Source: a virus
Taxonomy: Duplodnaviria > Caudoviricetes
Reading direction: 5' to 3' (one strand)
DNA length: 44,783 nt
Virus record (IMG/VR): IMGVR_UViG_3300024051_000088
Coordinates: 1-44,783 of that record
A program made the position numbers and the translations under genes. Position 1 is the first letter of the stretch, and each line of letters starts with the position of its first letter. Below are positions 37,386 to 44,783 of the stretch, piece by piece. The notes beneath the pieces are model-generated. The model saw only the letters and a program-made list of their open reading frames with translations. It was not told the DNA's origin and searched no databases.

Positions 37386-37982
37386 ATGGCCCGTTCCCTT
37401 CAAACCGTGCTTCAGAGCCTGATTAAAAAGCTTCCGACAGGTTTCGCTCTCGGACAGCGTGGACAGGTGCTCGATGCCGTCCTGATGGCGGTCGCCACGG
37501 TGCTTCACGACGCCGAGGCGTCGGCCGAGCGTATGATGGAGGAGATCGATCCGCGAACCGCCAACGTCCTGCTGCCGGACTTTGAGCGCGTGCTCGGTCC
37601 GGATCCGTGCGGACGTGACCAGGGCAACCTGACGATCGACCAACGCCAGAGGCTTGCCCATCAGCGTTGGACGGCGCGTGGCGGTCAATCGATCCCGTAC
37701 ATGGTCTCGACCGCACGCAAGCTGGGCGTCGAGATCACGATTGACGAGTTCTGGCCAAGCCGAGCCGGCGGCCTGCGCGCTGGGCAACGCCTTCGACCTG
37801 AAGGTTGCCAGTTCGTCTGGCGCGTCAACATTCCCGGTCTTCTGACCGTCATCAATTTCCGGGCCGGCGCGAGCCGTGCCGGTCAGAGCCTCGGTTACTT
37901 CAAGATCAGTTCGATCGAGTGCGAATTGCGCCGCATCAAGCCGGCGCACACCCATGTTGTTTTCAGCTACGGAGAAGCCTGA
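37386..37982 (+). CDS. Mu gp48/YmfQ (DUF2313) baseplate protein
   Basis: LPTGFA...EIDPRTA...IECELRRIKPAHT. Confidence 0.88.
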   Translation: MARSLQTVLQSLIKKLPTGFALGQRGQVLDAVLMAVATVLHDAEASAERMMEEIDPRTANVLLPDFERVLGPDPCGRDQGNLTIDQRQRLAHQRWTARGGQSIPYMVSTARKLGVEITIDEFWPSRAGGLRAGQRLRPEGCQFVWRVNIPGLLTVINFRAGASRAGQSLGYFKISSIECELRRIKPAHTHVVFSYGEA

Positions 37983-39166
37983 TGGATCGCGTCAATGGCG
38001 CAGACTGGGTCGATATCGGCGGCGGCCGACGCGGCTACCTCGACGAGGATCTTCCGAATGGCGTCGTCGGAACCGAGGTCACCGCGCTTTGGTTGAACAT
38101 GGTCCAGGAGGAAATCCTCAAGGTCATCGAGCAGGCGGGTCTTGTCGCAAACCCTGCGGACTGGACCCAACTCTGGCAGGCCTTGAAGATCCTCGGGCTC
38201 TCGGGCGGTTCGCGCGCCCGGCGCTGGATGGCCGTCATTTCTGTGACCCTCTCGTCAGCGCCCGGAGCACCGACTGAAGGCGATGCCTATCTGGTCCCGG
38301 CGGGAGCGACTGGCATATGGGCCGCTAACGTCGGCAAGATCGCGGAATGGACTGGCTCGTCCTGGTCGTACATGACGCCGCCTGACGGCCACGTCGTCGG
38401 TCTCCCGGATGGCCGCGTCTATCAAAGGCGCGCAGGAACCTATGTGGAGATGCTGGCAAGCGTTACGACGGCCGGTCTGGTGAAGCTCGCATCCCTTGCC
38501 GATGCGCTCGCCGGTCTTAGTGACCAGATTGCCGTCACGCCGAAGTCTCTCAAGGCATACGTTGCGAGCCGACAGGCGCAGGTGTTCACAGCCAGCGGGA
38601 CGTTCGTTGTGCCTGCCGATGTCTATTGGCTGCGCGTGCGGCTATGGGGCGGCGGCGGCGGCGGGGCCGGGTCGTTCCGAGGCGGGGGTGCCAACGGCCC
38701 CGGTGGTGGTGGTGGCTCGGGTGGATACTCCGAAGGCTGGGTAGCCGTCACACCTGGCCAAAGCATCCCGGTCACCATAGGCGCTGCCGGCAGCGCCGGT
38801 GGTGTCGCTTCGAACGGCGGTGCGGGCGGCACCACCTCATTTGGCGCATTCATCAGTGCCACAGGGGGCTTGGGCGGCAAACATGCAGGAGACGCGAACG
38901 CGGGCTTCGGTGGCGCCGGTGGCACTGCAACCGGTGGCGAACTCAACATTTCAGGCGGTATCGGCGGTGGATGGTCGCCATGGACCCTTCCGGCCGGCGA
39001 GGGTGGAACTGGCGCAGCGGCCCCTATGGGAGGGCCGGGAGGTCTCGGCAACTACGCCTCTGGCGGCGCGGGTATTCTCCCCGGAGGCGGCGGCGCGGGC
39101 GCAGGCGGAAACACGCAGATTTCCGGCCAGGCAGGCGCGCTCGGTCTGTGCACAGTGTCTTGGTAA
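37982..39166 (+). CDS. Tail fibre protein (Mu-type N-terminus, DUF2793-like domain, glycine-rich C-terminus)
   Basis: WLNMVQEEI; APTEGDAYLVPAGATGIWA; VRLWGGGGGG. Confidence 0.8.
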   Translation: MDRVNGADWVDIGGGRRGYLDEDLPNGVVGTEVTALWLNMVQEEILKVIEQAGLVANPADWTQLWQALKILGLSGGSRARRWMAVISVTLSSAPGAPTEGDAYLVPAGATGIWAANVGKIAEWTGSSWSYMTPPDGHVVGLPDGRVYQRRAGTYVEMLASVTTAGLVKLASLADALAGLSDQIAVTPKSLKAYVASRQAQVFTASGTFVVPADVYWLRVRLWGGGGGGAGSFRGGGANGPGGGGGSGGYSEGWVAVTPGQSIPVTIGAAGSAGGVASNGGAGGTTSFGAFISATGGLGGKHAGDANAGFGGAGGTATGGELNISGGIGGGWSPWTLPAGEGGTGAAAPMGGPGGLGNYASGGAGILPGGGGAGAGGNTQISGQAGALGLCTVSW

Positions 39167-39705
39167 TGGAGAGCATCATGAAGTTCGCACGTATCGAAGA
39201 TGACCGCGTTGTCGAGATCCTCGACTTGCCGGAAGGGACCGATCTGGAAACGGCGTTTCACCCGGACATAGCGGCCTCGCTTAGGCCGTGCGGCGACGAT
39301 GTTGGTGAAGAATGGCTGTTCGACGGAGATGATTTCATCGCTCCAGCTATACCCTCGCCGGACGAAGCACAGCTCATCGACTATGCAGCGTGGAAGCGCT
39401 GGCAGGTAGAGACGGGCGGCGTCCTGGTCAGCGGCGCACAGGTCGATACCAGCCGCGAAAGTCAGGCGATGGTCAGTGGCGCATTCACCTATTCTCAAGT
39501 CAACCCGTCGAAGCCCATCAAGTTCAAGGCGGCGTCCGGCTGGATCACACTCGACGCCGCAACGGTCGCCTTGATCGCCGGGGCCGTTGGCGATCATGTG
39601 CAGGCATGCTTCGCCATCGAGGAGGAGGTTTCGACGGCCATCCTGGACGGCACGATAACAACGACGGCAGAAATCGACGCGGCCGACTGGCCTTCTTCTG
39701 AATAG
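39166..39705 (+). CDS. Tail fibre assembly-like protein (DUF4376-like)
   Basis: KRWQVETGG...DTSRESQ...HVQACF; start at 39166 or 39178. Confidence 0.75.
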   Translation: MESIMKFARIEDDRVVEILDLPEGTDLETAFHPDIAASLRPCGDDVGEEWLFDGDDFIAPAIPSPDEAQLIDYAAWKRWQVETGGVLVSGAQVDTSRESQAMVSGAFTYSQVNPSKPIKFKAASGWITLDAATVALIAGAVGDHVQACFAIEEEVSTAILDGTITTTAEIDAADWPSSE

Positions 39706-39828
39706 TCACCGGATGCCGGGGACAAGTCCCCGAAGGCGGGCCTAAGATTGCCGTCCAAACCCGCCTGACAGCGCAAAAACACAACCGTCGCATCCGACCT
39801 CGGCAGTGCCGAGGCGGCCTCTGTGACT
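39704..39828 (+). ncRNA. Multi-stem structured leader upstream of the D12-class methyltransferase
   Basis: Pairings AGTCAC/GTGACT, CGGATGC/GCATCCG, CGGGGA/TCCCCG, AGGCGGG/CCCGCCT, CCTCGGC/GCCGAGG. Confidence 0.6.
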
Positions 39829-39847
39829 GAGTCGTGAGCTATTTGAA

Positions 39848-40657
39848 ATGGTAAATCTGAAACCGGTTTCCCCGGTCTCGCCTGCCGCTCCCTATATCGG
39901 CGGCAAGAGGGTGCTCTCCAAGACCATCATCCAGAGAATTAATGCCATACCGCATGACGGTTACGCTGAGCCATTCGTCGGGATGGGCGGCATTTTTCTA
40001 CGCCGAACGATGCAGCCGCGCATGGAGGCCATCAACGATATCAGCGGTGATGTTGCGAACCTCTTCCGCATTCTCCAGCGCCACTATCCGCAGTTCATGG
40101 AGACGCTTCGATTCCAGATCACCAGCCGGCGCGAATACGAGCGTCTGGTCAGGGTCGATCCCACGACGCTGACGGACTTGGAACGCGCGGCGCGCTTTCT
40201 TTATCTCCAGCGCCTCGCGTTCGGTGGCAAGGTCTCCGGCCGCAACTTCGGCGTAGACAAGACGAGCGGCGCCCGGTTCAACCTCCTGAAGCTCGCCCCG
40301 CTCCTGGAAGACATTCACGAGCGCCTTTCCGGCGTCATCATTGAATGCCTTCCATGGCGAAGCTTTATCGAGCGCTACGACCGGCCGGGCATGCTGTTCT
40401 ATCTGGACCCGCCATATTGGGGAAACGAGACCGACTATGGAGCCGGCGCCTTCAGCCGCGACCAGTTCGCGGAAATGGCGGACGTTTTGAAGACCCTTCG
40501 AGGGACCTTCATCGTGTCCTTGAACTCGGTTCCAGGCGTCTTCGAAACGTTCCGGGATTTCTCGGTAGAGGAGGTGGATTGTGTCTATTCCATCGGAGGG
40601 AATGGACATAGCAAGAAGGTCCGCGAGGTGCTTATATCTGGTCACGGCTTAGATTGA
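39848..40657 (+). CDS. DNA adenine methyltransferase, D12/Dam class
   Basis: PYIGGK, YAEPFVGMGG, INDI, FYLDPPY; occupies the Mu mom position. Confidence 0.93.
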   Translation: MVNLKPVSPVSPAAPYIGGKRVLSKTIIQRINAIPHDGYAEPFVGMGGIFLRRTMQPRMEAINDISGDVANLFRILQRHYPQFMETLRFQITSRREYERLVRVDPTTLTDLERAARFLYLQRLAFGGKVSGRNFGVDKTSGARFNLLKLAPLLEDIHERLSGVIIECLPWRSFIERYDRPGMLFYLDPPYWGNETDYGAGAFSRDQFAEMADVLKTLRGTFIVSLNSVPGVFETFRDFSVEEVDCVYSIGGNGHSKKVREVLISGHGLD

Positions 40658-40668
40658 GGGACATAGGA

Positions 40669-41103
40669 ATGAAAACAGGTGTACTGGCAGTGGCGGCGTG
40701 GTTGCTCATCCCTTGTTCGTCAGTGGCCGAGCAGCTCGGAAATTTTGACTGTGTCGCCTTTTCTGATTTCGAGCAGGCTTCGGTGAAGACCGATGTGATG
40801 AAGGTTGGTAGCTTCAACGTCTATGAGAAGCTCTCAGGCACCGACAAGCAGTCGGCAGGGCTGCTGCTGTCATACACGGCCGTCAACGAGACGCGTGGCC
40901 TAGTCTACCTCGCAGGCGATTTTCTCCTAGTCGATGGTGCCGGCGCTCCGCTCGCAGCGATCAATGCGACGCCGGTAAAGCTGTTCGTTGAGGCGGGGAA
41001 ATCGATGGTGGTAAACGGTCACACAATAGTGTCGGCCGGAACACTCGCGGCAGCTCGGAAGGTGTGCATTCGCATCCACCTCAGCCTCCCACCCCGCGAC
41101 TAG
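40669..41103 (+). CDS. Secreted hypothetical protein (terminal moron)
   Basis: Signal-peptide-like MKTGVLAVAAWLLIPCSSVA; two Cys in the mature part. Confidence 0.65.
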   Translation: MKTGVLAVAAWLLIPCSSVAEQLGNFDCVAFSDFEQASVKTDVMKVGSFNVYEKLSGTDKQSAGLLLSYTAVNETRGLVYLAGDFLLVDGAGAPLAAINATPVKLFVEAGKSMVVNGHTIVSAGTLAAARKVCIRIHLSLPPRD

Positions 41104-41115
41104 AGGGAAACTTGT

Positions 41116-41190
41116 TTTTGACACTTCAATCGGAAAATCAAAAATTCCGGATCTTGCTGTCAAAATTCCGAAAAATCGCGGCGAGCTACA
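41116..41190. repeat. Right-end repeats (putative transposase-binding sites) and ACA terminus
   Basis: TTTTGACA (41116-23) / TGTCAAAA (41158-65); direct repeats TCAAAA(A)TTCCG. Confidence 0.65.
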
Positions 41191-41272
41191 GGCGAAATCG
41201 TCATTCAAGTCATTGGGAAGCTGCGGGCTTTATTGTCCGGCACCACCCCAAGAATACGAATGGGGGGACCGA

Positions 41273-41349
41273 TGGTAGCGGAGGAGGGATTCGAACCCCC
41301 GACACAAGGATTATGATTCCTCTGCTCTAACCTACTGAGCTACTCCGCC
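41273..41349 (-). tRNA. tRNA-Met (CAT), probably elongator
   Basis: GGCGGAGTAGCTCAG...GAGGAATCATAATCCTT...GGTTCGAATCC...CCA, 77 nt. Confidence 0.95.
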
Positions 41350-41484
41350 GCCCGAAGGGACGATCGAGAACGATCACCCGTTTCCGTCCGGTGCGCGGCT
41401 TATAAGGTGCTGTTCCCGCGGGTGTCAAGCGACGTTCGCAGGAAAAATCGCCTTGTCCGCAAAGGCCTTGCCGGGCGGGGCGCC

Positions 41485-42681
41485 TCAGGCCGCCGCGGGG
41501 GTGGAAAGGATGCGCTTCAGCGCGTCCTCGGCCGCCGCCTCGCGCTCGGAGCGCAGGATGAAGCCGCCGCCGTAGATGCGCGCGTCCTCGCCTTCTCCGG
41601 AATAGAGGGCGCAGGCCTGGCCGGGGGCGACGCCGGGCTCGCCCTCGGCAAGCTCCACGTAGATGCCGCCCTCGCTGGCAGCAAGGCGCGCCGGGCGCGG
41701 CGGGCGGGTGGAGCGGACCTTCGCGAAGCAATCGAAGCCGCCGGCGGCGACCGCCGCAAGCTCGCCGTCGCCGAGCCAGTTGATGTCGCGCAGGTAGAGC
41801 CGGCGCGTTTCCAGCGCTTGCCTGGGGCCGACGATGACGCGGCGCGAGCGGGCATCGAGATAGACGACATAGAGCGGCTCGCCCGTCGCGATGCCGATGC
41901 CGCGGCGCTGGCCGATCGTATAGTGCAGGATGCCCTCGTGGCGGCCGAGTACGCGCCCGTCGATATGGACGATCTCGCCCGCCAGCGCCGCATTCGGCTT
42001 CAGCTTGTTGACGATGTCGGAATACTTGCCCTGCGGCACGAAGCAGATGTCCTGGCTGTCCGCCTTCCTGGCGACGACGAGGCCCATCTCCTCGGCAAGC
42101 GCCCGGGTCTCGGCCTTGGAGAGATGGCCGAGCGGAAAGCGCAGGTAATCGATCTGCTCCTGCGTGGTGGCGAAGAGGAAATAGCTCTGGTCGCGCTCGG
42201 CATCGACCGGCCGGTAGAGCGCGCGGCGATGCGGCGCGCCCGGCACCGGGTTCGGGCGCGAGCGGATGTAATGGCCCGTCGCCAGCGCATCGGCGCCGAG
42301 ATCCTTGGCGGTCGCGAGGAGATCGGCGAACTTGACGGTCTGGTTGCAGGCAACGCAGGGGATCGGCGTCTCGCCCGCGACATAGCTCTCGGCGAAGGGA
42401 TTGATCACCGTCTCGCGGAAGCGCTTCTCGTAGTCGAGCACGTAGTGCGGGATGCCGAGCGTCTCGCAGACGCGGCGCGCATCGTCGATGTCCTGGCCCG
42501 CGCAGCACGAGCCGGCGCGGTGCACGGCCGCGCCGTGGTCGTAGAGCTGCAGGGTGATGCCGAGAACGTCGTAGCCTTCGCGTTTGAGAATGCCGGCCAC
42601 GACGGAGCTGTCGACGCCGCCCGACATGGCGACGACGACGCGCGTATCTTCCGGCTTGCGATCGAAATCGAGACTGTTCAC
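41485..42681 (-). CDS. mnmA: tRNA 2-thiouridine(34) synthase
   Basis: [34 protein letters not shown] motifs; GTG start at 42681. Confidence 0.97.
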   Translation of the reverse strand: MNSLDFDRKPEDTRVVVAMSGGVDSSVVAGILKREGYDVLGITLQLYDHGAAVHRAGSCCAGQDIDDARRVCETLGIPHYVLDYEKRFRETVINPFAESYVAGETPIPCVACNQTVKFADLLATAKDLGADALATGHYIRSRPNPVPGAPHRRALYRPVDAERDQSYFLFATTQEQIDYLRFPLGHLSKAETRALAEEMGLVVARKADSQDICFVPQGKYSDIVNKLKPNAALAGEIVHIDGRVLGRHEGILHYTIGQRRGIGIATGEPLYVVYLDARSRRVIVGPRQALETRRLYLRDINWLGDGELAAVAAGGFDCFAKVRSTRPPRPARLAASEGGIYVELAEGEPGVAPGQACALYSGEGEDARIYGGGFILRSEREAAAEDALKRILSTPAAA

Positions 42682-42862
42682 GCGAGGTCCGTTCCGGTGC
42701 CGCCTCGCCGCAGGGCTGGAGTGCAGGCACCTGTCAATTGGGGCCGAAACCGGCCGTTGCGGCGCCCCGTTGCCTGTGGAGCGCCTTCGGGGCGACATAT
42801 AGAAACTTGCCGCCCCGAGAGCAAGAGAAGCCGGGCGCCCGCAGGCGCGGCGCTCCGGACCC

Positions 42863-43612
42863 TCAGATGAGCCGGAGGCGCAGCGCGACGGCGATCGCCT
42901 GCATGCGGTTGACGGCCTGCAGCTTGCGCGTGGCGCTCTTGAAGTAGCTGCTCACCGTATAGACCGAGATGCCGAGGATGATTGCGATCTCGTCGCTGCT
43001 CTTGCCGGCCGCCGCCCAGCGCAGGCATTCGACCTCGCGGGTGGAGAGCTTTTCCCGGCTCGCCGTCGCCGCGGCGAAGGTCTTTTCGAGACATTCGAAA
43101 AGCTGGAGCGCGGAGAAATGGAGCTCCGTCAGCTCCGGGCGGGCGAGCGGCAGGCGCTTGCCGGAAAACACCATGAGATAGGGATCGGAGGTGGTGGAGT
43201 GCAGGAGGAAGGCCGTGGAGGCGGCAAGCCCGTGCATCTCGGCAAGCGCGATCGCCTCGCCCGACTGGCCGCTTTCCCAGTCGGCGGGCGAAAAGAGCGC
43301 GCTGTCGCCCTGCACCGGCAGCTTGGTCATGCCGGTCTCCACCGCCAGCCGGCTGATGTGGAAGAGGTTCATCGCGTCATACTTGCGCACCAGCTCGGCC
43401 GGCCAGTTGCTGACCATCAGGCGCTCGGCGAACCGCTGCTGCTCGTTCGCCGGATAGCGCGCCACCAGGAAATGGCTGAAGCGGAAATGGTTGGCGCACT
43501 GGCGCATGAGGTGCAGCACCTCGTATTCGGTCTGCACGGTTTCGAGATTGGCCGAGGACAGGATTTCCGGCGACCAACCCTGCTGCAGGAGCATGTTGTC
43601 TGGATCTCTCAT
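42863..43612 (-). CDS. LuxR-family regulator with autoinducer-binding-like domain (solo)
   Basis: SNWPAEL...Y; [28 protein letters not shown]. Confidence 0.9.
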   Translation of the reverse strand: MRDPDNMLLQQGWSPEILSSANLETVQTEYEVLHLMRQCANHFRFSHFLVARYPANEQQRFAERLMVSNWPAELVRKYDAMNLFHISRLAVETGMTKLPVQGDSALFSPADWESGQSGEAIALAEMHGLAASTAFLLHSTTSDPYLMVFSGKRLPLARPELTELHFSALQLFECLEKTFAAATASREKLSTREVECLRWAAAGKSSDEIAIILGISVYTVSSYFKSATRKLQAVNRMQAIAVALRLRLI

Positions 43613-44046
43613 TTTCCGTTTTCCAGCAGCCGGCGCGAACGCCGGGCTCGTGTGCATTCTCGGTCCGGAAAGTTCTTGGGAGCACCCGTCCCACGGGTGA
43701 TGTCGGAAACGCCGCGAGAGCCGTATCCCGAAGGCAAACGGCTTGCGGCGCTCCGCCGGCCTCGATCGCGTGGATTGCGGCCCGGCAAATTCCCAATGCT
43801 ACGGCGCTCCTCGCACGTCTTCGCGCGCGGCGCCCTAGTCTTCATGTGGATGCTTCCTGGAGGTTTCCGGTAGCATCGACCCGATGCCGCCTCCAAATTT
43901 TGGCGCGTATTAGCAGTATTTGAATAAAATGGAAATGAAATATTTGCAGGCCTGTCCTGCGTTCGGGCGGTAGCCGCAAACAGCCCTACGTAACGGAAAG
44001 CAGGGGCTTGCGCCCTGCGACAGTACAGGCGAAGCCGCTCAAAAGA

Positions 44047-44083
44047 TTAGAAAATTGTTAGCGTGCGCTTAGGCAAATCTTAA
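44047..44083 (+). promoter_or_regulatory. Two tandem CtrA-box-like sites upstream of sciP
   Basis: TTAG-N7-TTAG (44047-61) and TTAG-N7-TTAA (44069-83) versus consensus TTAA-N7-TTAA. Confidence 0.65.
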
Positions 44084-44136
44084 ATGTGGCGGGCTACAGT
44101 CCGCTCATATGGTCTTGAGTTTATGTAGAGAGTCCA

Positions 44137-44412
44137 ATGACCGATCTGATACGACCCCGCGTTAAATACGTCATCGGCCCCGATGGCAGCCCCCTGACGA
44201 TCGCCGATCTGCCGCCGGCCAACACGCGGCGCTGGGTGATTCGCCGGAAGGCCGAAGTCGTCGCTGCCGTGCGTGGCGGGCTTCTCAGCCTCGAGGAAGC
44301 CTGCGAGCGTTATACGCTGACGGTCGAAGAATTCCTGTCCTGGCAGTCCTCCATCAACGACCACGGCCTTGCCGGCCTGCGCACCACGCGCATCCAGCAG
44401 TACCGCCACTAG
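44137..44412 (+). CDS. sciP: CtrA inhibitor SciP (DUF1153)
   Basis: YVIGPDGSPLTIADLPPANTRRWVIRRKAEVVAAVRGGLLS. Confidence 0.95.
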   Translation: MTDLIRPRVKYVIGPDGSPLTIADLPPANTRRWVIRRKAEVVAAVRGGLLSLEEACERYTLTVEEFLSWQSSINDHGLAGLRTTRIQQYRH

Positions 44413-44435
44413 GCTTTTCCCTTTCGTTCAAGACC

Positions 44436-44470
44436 CTGCGGCCGCGCCTTGCGCGGCCGCAGTTGTATTT
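44436..44470 (+). terminator. Intrinsic terminator after sciP
   Basis: CTGCGGCCGCGC-CTT-GCGCGGCCGCAG followed by TTGTATTT. Confidence 0.65.
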
Positions 44471-44573
44471 GGGACAGTGCCCGGCGGGAACACAGCGTTC
44501 ACCGCCCTGCGGCTTGCGGGATCGGCTGCGAGGGGAAAGGATGGCTCCGACGCAACGAAGCGAGGAGCATCGC

Positions 44574-44783
44574 ATGGACATCCGGCATGAGGAAAACGGC
44601 GCCAAGGGGCGCTACTTCACCGTCATCGAGGGGCACGAGGCGGAAGTGACCTATTCCCGCTCCTCCCCTCACCTCATCATCGTCGACCATACCGGCGTGC
44701 CGGATGCGCTGCGCGGCAAGGGCGTCGGCCAGGCGCTCGCCGCCCATGCGGTGGACGAGGCGCGCAAGGGCGGCTGGAAGATC
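44574..44783 (+). CDS. GNAT acetyltransferase (YjdJ-like), partial
   Basis: MDIRHEENGAKGRY...IIVDHTGVPDALRGKGVG; GAGGAG SD. Confidence 0.85.
   Translation, partial: MDIRHEENGAKGRYFTVIEGHEAEVTYSRSSPHLIIVDHTGVPDALRGKGVGQALAAHAVDEARKGGWKI

Larger units (their letters stand above)
472..41190 (+). mobile_element. Mu-like transposable prophage, apparently complete
   Basis: Complete Mu-like gene order from repressor to tail fibre. Termini 5'-TGTTGTC (472) and GCTACA-3' (41190) give TGT...ACA ends; host genes resume on both sides. The left end is less certain than the right. Confidence 0.9.

Noticed and set aside
38640-39130. GGC/GGT-rich repeats
   Set aside because: Explained by glycine-rich fibre coding
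37982-41103. Gin-type invertible segment or diversity-generating retroelement
   Set aside because: No invertase, reverse transcriptase, inverted fibre copy or template repeat seen
41273-41349. tRNA as attB for integrase-mediated insertion
   Set aside because: No tyrosine/serine integrase and no tRNA 3' duplication at the left boundary; the element has a DDE transposase
41327-42870. Long ORFs 41407-42870 (+) and 41327-42730 (-)
   Set aside because: Alternative frames of mnmA

Overview
The window is mostly one apparently complete Mu-like transposable prophage (~472-41190, ~40.7 kb, contractile tail) in a Rhizobiaceae-type alphaproteobacterial chromosome. It lies between the 5' end of a cytochrome c oxidase subunit I gene (ctaD, left, minus strand) and a tRNA-Met / mnmA / LuxR / sciP / GNAT host region (right). 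Gene order is Mu-like: repressor, ner, ParB-like, transposase A, ATPase B, accessory early genes, gemA, a methyltransferase, Mor/C activator, lysis, terminase, portal, head, tail, baseplate, fibre, a D12-class Dam methyltransferase and a terminal moron. The most notable observations are: (1) a translationally coupled 75-aa 'half-DDE' mini-transposase gene directly upstream of transposase A; (2) three copies of a 24-bp late-promoter motif, two of which appear to drive leaderless mRNAs; (3) several densely base-paired non-coding elements, including a cloverleaf-like RNA in front of a secreted-peptide moron in the head operon and one upstream of dam; (4) an apparent 3-bp (GGC) rather than 5-bp target duplication; (5) a -1 frameshift in the tail chaperone. 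All calls come from reading the sequence and recalling family motifs; no searches or folding programs were run.
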